Below are positions 56,394 to 64,000 of a stretch of 64,000 bases of DNA, piece after piece. Under the pieces are notes generated by a model. That model did no database searches. It was not told the origin of the DNA and was given only the letters and a program-made list of their open reading frames with translations. Origin of the DNA: a virus. Position 1 is the stretch's first letter. Every line of letters begins with the position of its first letter. A program made the position numbers and the translations under genes. The stretch is taken from IMG/VR virus record IMGVR_UViG_3300007513_000010. One strand, written 5' to 3'.

Positions 56394-56882
56394 ATGTCTG
56401 ATAATAAATGGGAACAACCGGCTAAGCCACCTCCTCCGATGTTTGTCGGAAAGAAGGAAAAAGACTTTGTAAAGCAGGTTAACGATGAGGTTATTGAGCG
56501 CGTCGTAGGTCAGACGATTCTTTATCATCCTATCAGTATAGAACACACGAACTTTCACACTCTCTATGGAGAGGCGATTGAAAAGAATTTTTTAAACCCA
56601 ATTAGGGTCCACGCGCTGGTTAAATATACGTCTCAAGAAACTACAACAACAAGCTTGGGTGTCGACAGGATAGAAAAGATAGATGTGTTTTTTCACAAAA
56701 GAAGGTTGACAGAGGATCAAGACCTTTTTGTTAGGGAAGGCGACTTTATACTGTTCGGGGAACAATATTATGAAATATTGACTCTCGAGGAGCCGAAATG
56801 GCTGTTCGGACAAGTAGAATCCAAATTCGAAATTGCAGCATCCTGCGTAAGAGCAAGAGAGGGACTTTTTGATGCAAGCTGA
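56394..56882 (+). CDS. Neck/head-closure protein (gp14-like)
   Basis: GQTILYHPI...LYGEA and VREGDFI. Position directly after the gp13-like gene. Confidence 0.65.
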   Translation: MSDNKWEQPAKPPPPMFVGKKEKDFVKQVNDEVIERVVGQTILYHPISIEHTNFHTLYGEAIEKNFLNPIRVHALVKYTSQETTTTSLGVDRIEKIDVFFHKRRLTEDQDLFVREGDFILFGEQYYEILTLEEPKWLFGQVESKFEIAASCVRAREGLFDAS

Positions 56883-58098
56883 GTATGATAAAGATCACAG
56901 CCTTTTAAAGCTTTACTTCAACCCTTCGACAATTGAAACGATAGACAGGGCAATGATGAACTATGTGGAAAAGCTAAAGCTATTTTCAGAAACAAACAAG
57001 GGTTGGAAGAAAGTACCTGTTATATGGGCTTCTGCAGAAAGGGCATTTCAGAGTAAGAAGGATTCTGAAATTCGAGACGCTAGCGGTATGCTTAAGTTGC
57101 CACTTATAACTGTAGCTAGAACAGAGATGACTAAAGATCCTGCTAAGCGCGCCGCATTTCACGGAAATGTTCCAGAGATTAACGATGAACAGGGCGGCGC
57201 CATTGCCACACATCGAGTGATATATCAAGATAAGTCACGAAACTTTGCCCATGCAGACAATAATCGAATGTTTAATCAGTCTGGCTTCCCTCGCGAGAAT
57301 AAGAAAAAAGTATACAAAACAATTTCTGTGCCAATGCCAGTTAATATTTCTGTAAAATATGATATACTTATAAGAACAGAGTATCAACAGCAGCTAAATG
57401 ATTTGATGCTGCCCTTTATAACAAAACCCGGGACCATAAATTTCGTGTCGATATCAGAAGAAGAGCATAAGTACGAAGCGTTTATAGATCAGGGATTTAC
57501 GCAGACCACCAACCTAGATAATTACACTTCGGAGGAAAGAAGATTCGAAACCAAGATTTCTGTCTCTGTTATCGGGTATTTGGTGGGAGAAGGAAAGAAC
57601 AGAGAGCGTCCTCATTTTGCAGTGAGGGAAAATTTCGTAGAGATTAAGACACCAAGAGAGAGAATTTCTTTAAGAGAAATTCCAGATCATGAGTATGGCG
57701 CATATTATGGTCTGGCCGGCGTTACAATGCAGGAACTGGTTAGAGAATTTGGACCTTCGTTTGTGGGTCAAAACTTTTCTAATATTCCTGCTATTGGGGC
57801 AGGTTTTATGGGCGGTTTTCAAAATAGTGGAAATGTTGTGACTACCAATAATTTTTCGACAGTGCTTAATGAGTTTTTCGCCTTTCGAGAACTGATAAAG
57901 GACACCGGCGAAGCTGCCGGCAGAAATTTTACAACCTCAAAGGACGTGAAATCAGACAGTGAGACGATTTTCGTCGACGGTCAGTTGCAATTTCCTGGAG
58001 CGAACAGAGACTATACGATACTAAATCGAAATATTACTTTTAATTACAACATAGATGAGGATTCTACTGTTTTTTGCACCTATATAATAGACAGGTAA
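56869..58098 (+). CDS. Tail terminator/sheath-stabiliser-like protein (gp15-like) with C-terminal beta domain
   Basis: KVPVIWAS.ER, LPLITVAR and P.PVNI..KY.I. Synteny after the neck genes. Confidence 0.6.
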   Translation: MMQAEYDKDHSLLKLYFNPSTIETIDRAMMNYVEKLKLFSETNKGWKKVPVIWASAERAFQSKKDSEIRDASGMLKLPLITVARTEMTKDPAKRAAFHGNVPEINDEQGGAIATHRVIYQDKSRNFAHADNNRMFNQSGFPRENKKKVYKTISVPMPVNISVKYDILIRTEYQQQLNDLMLPFITKPGTINFVSISEEEHKYEAFIDQGFTQTTNLDNYTSEERRFETKISVSVIGYLVGEGKNRERPHFAVRENFVEIKTPRERISLREIPDHEYGAYYGLAGVTMQELVREFGPSFVGQNFSNIPAIGAGFMGGFQNSGNVVTTNNFSTVLNEFFAFRELIKDTGEAAGRNFTTSKDVKSDSETIFVDGQLQFPGANRDYTILNRNITFNYNIDEDSTVFCTYIIDR

Positions 58099-58114
58099 AG
58101 GAGGATATAAGGCA

Positions 58115-58573
58115 ATGAGTCTCAAAGACAGACTAAATAAAGTTTTGGATCGGATAGACGATCTATCTAGCAAATTAGAACTATCAGAAAAGGAGAAAAA
58201 GGAAATGATCGAAGACCCAATTGCATCTCAGATTGAGGAGCTTTTAGAAGAAGAGGGGGGACAGGAGGCCGACCAAGCTGGCCAGCCGGCTAGTCCCCCA
58301 CCGCGCCTGGAGATTGAGTGGGAGGCTGTGGCTCCAATCGTCCAGTTACGTAACGCCTCTAACAGCTTGAGAAGTTCGCTCTCGGAGCTTTGTATTGAAT
58401 ACGAGATAAGAAAGAGAAAAATTATGAACTCTTTGGAAGCAATTGAAACTAATCTTGCCGAGAGAGTACAAGAGTTGAGAGATTCAAGTGGCCTTCCAGA
58501 AGAAGCGATGTATAACTTACGACTTCCTGACGAACCAAACGATTCAGGTGAGTTTATCTTGAGAGAAGAATAA
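58115..58573 (+). CDS. Hypothetical coiled-coil protein
   Basis: AAGGAGGA RBS upstream. Confidence 0.65.
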   Translation: MSLKDRLNKVLDRIDDLSSKLELSEKEKKEMIEDPIASQIEELLEEEGGQEADQAGQPASPPPRLEIEWEAVAPIVQLRNASNSLRSSLSELCIEYEIRKRKIMNSLEAIETNLAERVQELRDSSGLPEEAMYNLRLPDEPNDSGEFILREE

Positions 58574-58643
58574 GAAAAGACCGTCAGGCATATCTTTTAT
58601 TCTTTTTGTTAAAGAAAACAAACTCAGGGAGACTATTTATAAC

Positions 58644-58874
58644 ATGAGCAATGATAAGAAAACTTATGTAACAAGCGATATCGGAATCGCCGCGTACCTA
58701 CAACTTCATAATTTTAAACTACTTAGTTGCAAAAGATTGGACAGTGGAAAATTCTATTTCGAATTTGATGACGCCTCGGATGAGTGCCAAATGAGATCTT
58801 TAGAATTTTTACAGTCCGACTTTTGCAAGTTTGATAACATAATAAGAAACTTAAAAAAAGTATTGTTCTCTTAA
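58644..58874 (+). CDS. Small hypothetical protein (DUF5659-like)
   Basis: Pattern YVTSDIGIAAYL...F.L......G.F.FEF. ACTATTTA at 58632-58639. Confidence 0.55.
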   Translation: MSNDKKTYVTSDIGIAAYLQLHNFKLLSCKRLDSGKFYFEFDDASDECQMRSLEFLQSDFCKFDNIIRNLKKVLFS

Positions 58875-59017
58875 AGAACTGAATTACTATATACATTAGA
58901 GTGTTTGTCTAGTAACTTCAGTTAATCTTTCCTTTAGTTTTCCCCCTTTTTATTTAATAATTTTTAAATTCAGTTTTGTCGCAAAATGGTCCTATCTTTT
59001 ATAGGAGGAAAAAATAG

Positions 59018-62000
59018 ATGGCAAAAGCAACAGGCTCCATTACAATTAATGGAAATCCGGATACAGATGGAAGTACCGTTGTCGTCGACGATGGTCAAGG
59101 TACGATCCACAGTGAAGTCACGTTTAATACCAGAGACGGCCCCACAGACCACAATGTAACGTCGAAGAACGCAAACTTGTTTACGACTTCAACGAATAGC
59201 ACCTCTTCAAGTCGCCCTCAAATGTACTTGAGGATTGGTGGAGGTAACTGGTCGTACAATAGTTTCGACGATGATTGGGGTATGGATGGAACCTACCCTG
59301 CAAAGCTGTGGATATCTGATACAGTAGGTAATAAAATATCTATTAGATTTTCCACTGCGACGTCAGGAACTTCCGGTTCAGCCGTCGATGATGCTTACAA
59401 CAGTCAATCTCGTAAGATCTCGACTGGCGTATACGAAGTAACAGCCAATAACGGCGTTACTGGTATTGTTGGTGGTATAATCTATGGTATCAAGGTTTGT
59501 ATACAGGATGCTATTGATAATGATAGTTTCGACTTAACAGTTTTAGTTAAGAATGGCTCAAATGCAACACAGACGAGTACCACTCCCAGTACAAGTATGA
59601 CTCAGTTATATTTGTACTCCCCGGAGAGTACAGACAGAGGTCCAGAACATGCCGGTATATCGGTTGGTCTGGATAGGCACAGCGGATCTTGGACAACCAC
59701 ATCTTCCGCTTCTGAGTATTTTGGTATTGCTGCTTATGCATCACATTCAGGGAGTAATTATGCTATTACGAATTTGAATGCATATGATACAGTTGGCTAT
59801 TGTTGGAAGGGTACTCCATATGAGGTTTCACATGGAGACTTAACAGCAGCAGAGATTGCTGATCAACTTAAAAAACTGATCAACGCATTGCCGATAGCGA
59901 TTACAGCAACAGTTAGTTCGAATGTAGTTAGTTTAACGAACGATGCCCACGGAACGGGGGCTAATGTAACCATAACAACAAACGACTCTACTAATTTTGG
60001 TGTCTCTGGCATGTCCGGTGGCAGCGCACAAGGTGGAGGAGGAGGATCAACACAAATGGCAAGAACAATGCTAAACAACAACCGGCTAGCAATAACAACT
60101 GCTCTGTTACCGCAAGATATAAACGAGCAGAATACTCAAGCTGACCTAGGTAGCACCTCAATGGAGTGGGGCGACCTTTATATGGCTGATGGCAAGGCTA
60201 TCAAACTTGGTCATGACCAAGAAGTTACGTTAACTCACGTTGCAGATACTGGTATTCTTTTGAATTCCAGCATGCAGCTCCAATTTGGTGATTCTGCAAC
60301 TCATATTAAGCAGGTCTCTGACACCAACCTGGAGATTGAAGCAGATGGATCAGTTATTCTCGATGCGCCTGTTCTTGATCTTCAAGATGACGGAGTTATC
60401 GTTAAGTTTGGCGATGATTCGGATGTCACCTTGACACATATCGCAGATACAGGACTTCGTTTGAACTCAACAATGGCACTTCAGTTCAACGACGCATCAC
60501 AATATATTTATGCTCCGTCAGCAACTGTGCTTGATATTCACGCTACTGATGAGGTAGAGATTACTGCAACTCTCTGTGATATTAATGCAAACCTGGATGT
60601 TTCAGGGACATATACCGGCGGCGGCCTGATGACCGTCGGCGGCAGTATTGTGATTCCAGACGCTGGCACAATTGGTTCCGCTTCGGACACTAACGCAATC
60701 GCTATTTCTAGTGGTGGTGTTGTTTCTGTTTCGGCCACCACTGACGCGTCCAGCTCAACAAGCGGTGTCCTCACTGTTGCTGGTGGTATGGGTGTTGCTA
60801 AAAAGCTATACGTTGGTACAGACTTGGACGTTGACGGCACAGCCAATCTTGACATTGTTGATATTGATGGCGCTGTAGACATGGCAAGTACACTAACCAT
60901 CGGCGGCGTTACCAAAGTCGGCTCTGCGGCTGGTAGTGGTGTAGATGCTTATCTTTACACTGCAGGCACAGCTGCTCATGTTGGTATTCAATGGGATGCT
61001 GATGGTGCGACAGAAGGTATGTTGATCGGTGGTGCAGATGATCACGGTGTGGACTTTAAGTTCTTCGGTGAATCAGCTGGTAAATTTGTTCACTGGGACA
61101 TGTCTGGAGACGAGCTTGTTCTTGGTTCCTCTGCAAAGTTATCATTTAACGACGCTGCCGGCGACGAAACCATCCTTGCCTCAGCCGACGGTCACTTGGA
61201 GGTTAATGCAGGTACTACTCTCGATATGACTGCTCCGACTGTTGATATTAATGCGGCGACAGCTGTCACTATCGATACCCCTGGTATTACGGTCACAGAT
61301 TCAACCACAAGTAGTGCCACAGAGGGTGGATACATACGATTGGCATCAGACGACGGTGCCGCCTTGGCCGACGATCATCGACTAGGTGTAATTGAGTTCG
61401 CTGCCGCAGAGGACGGTTCGAGTACCATGACAGTAGGTGCAAGAATTGAAGCTATCGCTGATGCCACCTGGTCGGACACCGAGAACGGTGCAGCATTAGT
61501 TATGTATACAACAGACGGCAATGCTGCACAATCTGAAGTATTGAGGCTGGATAGTGATAAGTTGGCAACTTTTGCCGGCGCCGTTACCGTAACAGGTGAC
61601 CTTACGATCAACGGTACTACATCGACTGTCAACAGTACAGTTGTTACAATTGATGATCCAATCTTTACGTTGGGTGGTGATACAGCACCTAGTTCAGATG
61701 ACAATAAAGACCGTGGTATTGAATTCCGTTATTACGATTCCGCTGCTAGAATTGGTTTTATGGGTTGGGATGATAGTGCAAGTGGTTTTACACTGCTTAG
61801 CGCTGCATCAAACAGCTCAGAAGTATTTTCTGGTACTGCTGCTCCATTAGTTATGGGCGGTTTGACAGCTACGACTATTGGTGCTACTGGCGCCTGTACT
61901 CTAGCCAGCTCTTCCGGTGTGACTACCATTGGTGCAACAACAGGTGCTACTGTTTCGGCAGCTGGTATTATAAATGTTAATAATGCGACTGATGCAACTT

Positions 62001-63571
62001 CTACTACTGACGGCTCACTTCAAACTGATGGTGGGTTAAGTGTCGCCAAAGCAATCTATAACGGAACTTCCGTTGTTCTTGCTGCAGATTCTGGTACTGT
62101 AACAATGGGTGCAACAACAGGCGCGGTAGTAACAGCGGCTGGCATCCTAAATATTAATAACCAAACTGATGCATCTTCGAAGACCGACGGTTCATTACAG
62201 ACCGACGGTGGTTTGAGTGTTGCTAAAAAGGCTTATGTCGGTACTGGACTTACAGTTGAGGCTGGTGGTATTGAAGTTGATGCTGGTGATGTTAACATCG
62301 ACAGCACTACTGCTGCTTCTAGTAAAACTACTGGTGCTCTCAAAGTTGCCGGTGGTATCAGTGCTCAGCTGAAGGGTCACTTCGGTACTGGACTTACAAC
62401 CGATTCTGGTGGTCTTACTGTGACTGCTGGTGGCGTTGAAGTTTCTGCTGGCCGTGTTCTCATTGATGATACAACTGATGCTACGACCACATCCGATGGC
62501 GCCCTCGTGGTCGCCGGCGGCATAAGTTGTGGTGAGGATGTCGTCATTGGTAATGATTTGGACCTGCTCTCTGACGGCGCGATCATGAACTTTGGCGCAG
62601 ACCAAGATGTTAATCTAACCCATGTTCATGACACAGGTCTTCTGTTGAATAGCAGCCGCCAGCTCCAGTTTGGTGATTCTGCAACGCATATTAAGCAGGT
62701 TGCAGACGGCCAATTAGAAATGGAAGCTGATGTTGCTATTCAGCTTGATGCTCCGATTATCGACTTTGAAGATGACGGTGTTGTTTTGCAGTTTGGTGAT
62801 GGTGATGATGTCACCTTGACACATGTTCATGATGCAGGGCTTCGCGTGAACTCAACAATGGCACTTCAGTTCCAAGATGCTGGCACCAAGATTTGGTCAT
62901 CAGAAGATGGCCAGCTTGATCTCCAGTCTGACGGAACCATGGTAGACTCCATTCTTTTGAATGGTTCTGCTGGTGGCGTGAAGATAAATTCAGCACTAGA
63001 TGGTAACGCCGCGGCGATTCACCTTGATTCGGCGTCAGGTCTTACTTTTGCAGGCGGTGATCAAGATGATTCAGTTTATTTTGAGAACAGTCCCATTCAG
63101 ATGGAGCAAATTTCTGCACCTTCGACTACGACTGATAAGTTATATAACGTTTCTGGCGTTCTTTATTGGGCAGGCGCCCGTATTGGCGCACAAGCAGGGC
63201 ACGGTATTAAGGATACCTCTGGTACCTTTTCCATAGTTTCAGTAGAGCATTCATTTATGTCTGCATCTACTTCAGACTTTGTTACCGGCAATGTTGCGGT
63301 CGCTGGCGGCGCAGTGGCAAATACCTGTTCATTCACAGGCGCTGCTGGTCAAGCGCTCTCCGGTTCGATACAAGTCTACTTGAACGGTATGCTTCTTACA
63401 CGCTCCGGATCAATCTCTGATAAGGGTATGTCAGCAGCGATGCAGGCAACCGCTTCGAGCTACTATGACTACCGTTTTGATAGTTTGTCTACCCCAACTA
63501 AGGTCTATCTGGAAGACTCATTGGACAGCGATGATGTTCTTACTGTTAGATTTATTGCAAGGTCGGACTAA
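59018..63571 (+). CDS. 1517-aa fibre-like virion protein with internal repeats
   Basis: G/A/T/D/S-rich. Five T.A(S/T)...G.L...GG repeats. TVNSTVVTIDDPIFTLGG...DRGIEF motif. AGGAGG RBS. Confidence 0.75.
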   Translation: MAKATGSITINGNPDTDGSTVVVDDGQGTIHSEVTFNTRDGPTDHNVTSKNANLFTTSTNSTSSSRPQMYLRIGGGNWSYNSFDDDWGMDGTYPAKLWISDTVGNKISIRFSTATSGTSGSAVDDAYNSQSRKISTGVYEVTANNGVTGIVGGIIYGIKVCIQDAIDNDSFDLTVLVKNGSNATQTSTTPSTSMTQLYLYSPESTDRGPEHAGISVGLDRHSGSWTTTSSASEYFGIAAYASHSGSNYAITNLNAYDTVGYCWKGTPYEVSHGDLTAAEIADQLKKLINALPIAITATVSSNVVSLTNDAHGTGANVTITTNDSTNFGVSGMSGGSAQGGGGGSTQMARTMLNNNRLAITTALLPQDINEQNTQADLGSTSMEWGDLYMADGKAIKLGHDQEVTLTHVADTGILLNSSMQLQFGDSATHIKQVSDTNLEIEADGSVILDAPVLDLQDDGVIVKFGDDSDVTLTHIADTGLRLNSTMALQFNDASQYIYAPSATVLDIHATDEVEITATLCDINANLDVSGTYTGGGLMTVGGSIVIPDAGTIGSASDTNAIAISSGGVVSVSATTDASSSTSGVLTVAGGMGVAKKLYVGTDLDVDGTANLDIVDIDGAVDMASTLTIGGVTKVGSAAGSGVDAYLYTAGTAAHVGIQWDADGATEGMLIGGADDHGVDFKFFGESAGKFVHWDMSGDELVLGSSAKLSFNDAAGDETILASADGHLEVNAGTTLDMTAPTVDINAATAVTIDTPGITVTDSTTSSATEGGYIRLASDDGAALADDHRLGVIEFAAAEDGSSTMTVGARIEAIADATWSDTENGAALVMYTTDGNAAQSEVLRLDSDKLATFAGAVTVTGDLTINGTTSTVNSTVVTIDDPIFTLGGDTAPSSDDNKDRGIEFRYYDSAARIGFMGWDDSASGFTLLSAASNSSEVFSGTAAPLVMGGLTATTIGATGACTLASSSGVTTIGATTGATVSAAGIINVNNATDATSTTDGSLQTDGGLSVAKAIYNGTSVVLAADSGTVTMGATTGAVVTAAGILNINNQTDASSKTDGSLQTDGGLSVAKKAYVGTGLTVEAGGIEVDAGDVNIDSTTAASSKTTGALKVAGGISAQLKGHFGTGLTTDSGGLTVTAGGVEVSAGRVLIDDTTDATTTSDGALVVAGGISCGEDVVIGNDLDLLSDGAIMNFGADQDVNLTHVHDTGLLLNSSRQLQFGDSATHIKQVADGQLEMEADVAIQLDAPIIDFEDDGVVLQFGDGDDVTLTHVHDAGLRVNSTMALQFQDAGTKIWSSEDGQLDLQSDGTMVDSILLNGSAGGVKINSALDGNAAAIHLDSASGLTFAGGDQDDSVYFENSPIQMEQISAPSTTTDKLYNVSGVLYWAGARIGAQAGHGIKDTSGTFSIVSVEHSFMSASTSDFVTGNVAVAGGAVANTCSFTGAAGQALSGSIQVYLNGMLLTRSGSISDKGMSAAMQATASSYYDYRFDSLSTPTKVYLEDSLDSDDVLTVRFIARSD
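60190..62885 (+). repeat. Duplicated ~100-aa block (~60190-60500 and ~62575-62885), plus five ~27-aa repeats
   Basis: Both copies read V.LTHV.DTG.LLNSS.QLQFGDSATHIKQV.D...DDGV...FGD..DVTLTH..D.GLR.NSTMALQF, with DNA identity such as tgaactcaacaatggcacttcagttc. Confidence 0.9.
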
Positions 63572-63592
63572 TAATCTGCCTTGTTAAGATCG

Positions 63593-63618
63593 AGGGGGGC
63601 TCCGGCCCCCCTTTTTTT
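63593..63618 (+). terminator. Intrinsic terminator
   Basis: AGGGGGGC-TCCG-GCCCCCCT followed by a T run. Confidence 0.92.
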
Positions 63619-63641
63619 AATTTCTTTTTAGATAAGACCAA

Positions 63642-63649
63642 ACTATTTA
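63642..63649 (+). promoter_or_regulatory. ACTATTTA motif upstream of the tail sheath gene
   Basis: Lies after the terminator and before the GAGGAG RBS. Confidence 0.65.
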
Positions 63650-63706
63650 TATTACGTAAGGTTATTTTAATTTTAGTTATCCCATTTAATCGAGGAGATA
63701 AATTAT

Positions 63707-64000
63707 ATGTCAGCTAGAAAATTTAAGTTTGTATCGCCAGGAATCTTTCTAAAAGAGATAGATCAGTCACAGATCCCTGCAGATGCCCCCGCCATTGGCC
63801 CGGTAATAATAGGTCGCACAGAGCATGGCCCAGCGATGCGGCCATATAGGGTTAGATCTTTTGATGAATTTGTGAGAGTATTTGGCGGCCCTACGCCTGG
63901 CTGTCAGGGTGAAGATATCTGGCGAAACGGCGGAGCTAGTTTAGCACCGACCTATGCTGCATATGCTGCGCAAGCATATTTAACGGCAGACATAGATGTC
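63707..64000 (+). CDS. Tail sheath protein (gp18-like), 3'-truncated; absent from the ORF track
   Basis: Translates as MSARKFKFVSPGIFLKEIDQS...IIGRTEHGP..RPYRVRSFDEFVRVFGGP, the classic sheath N-terminus (SPG+++.E.D, GP, F...FG). GAGGAG RBS. Confidence 0.9.
   Translation, partial: MSARKFKFVSPGIFLKEIDQSQIPADAPAIGPVIIGRTEHGPAMRPYRVRSFDEFVRVFGGPTPGCQGEDIWRNGGASLAPTYAAYAAQAYLTADIDV

Noticed and set aside
58875-59017. tRNA or structured ncRNA in the longer intergenic gaps (also 32920-33055 and 63572-63706)
   Set aside because: No cloverleaf or T-loop GTTCRA pattern. The gaps are AT-rich and explained by promoter, terminator and leader elements.
60190-62885. Duplicated blocks as a DGR template/variable repeat pair
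   Set aside because: Both copies are in frame within the same gene, differences are not adenine-specific, and there is no reverse transcriptase in the window.
540-63236. Many minus-strand and alternative-frame ORFs in the track (e.g. 540-1172, 33425-34018, 46282-46737, 54222-54641)
   Set aside because: They overlap well-supported + strand genes, lack RBS or motifs, and read as antisense or frame shadows.
1-64000. Stop-codon reassignment, as seen in some large phages
   Set aside because: Coding density is already near complete with the standard code. TAA, TAG and TGA all end conserved genes at expected positions.

Overview
This window is a 64 kb segment of a large, distantly T4-like myovirus (contractile-tailed jumbo-type phage). 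It is AT-rich, every credible gene is on the + strand, and the standard genetic code fits. In order it holds: (1) a baseplate/virion cluster with a giant unknown protein, gp25-like, gp6-like, a 3893-aa LamG-bearing wedge protein and several paralogous structural genes; (2) a small island of RuvC, primase and an Mre11-Rad50 fusion under sigma70-type promoters; (3) a probable lysis/membrane trio; (4) a head module with terminase, portal, DUF1360-like protein, prohead protease, phage-encoded ribosomal protein bS21, scaffold and major capsid; (5) neck and tail-completion genes, a 1517-aa fibre-like protein and the start of the tail sheath. The most unusual signals are: a ~120-aa tail-sheath-like module inserted at about 8 sites in four unrelated virion proteins; strong enrichment of a [ST]-G-S tripeptide in baseplate and neck proteins, a possible modification sequon; a recurrent ACTANTTA putative late promoter; an unannotated 21-aa CCKGS peptide with its own RBS; a retained internal RBS/start in the fibre gene; and a 10-bp inverted repeat bracketing the gene after the capsid gene. 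All family assignments come from motif recognition and synteny, not from database searches.
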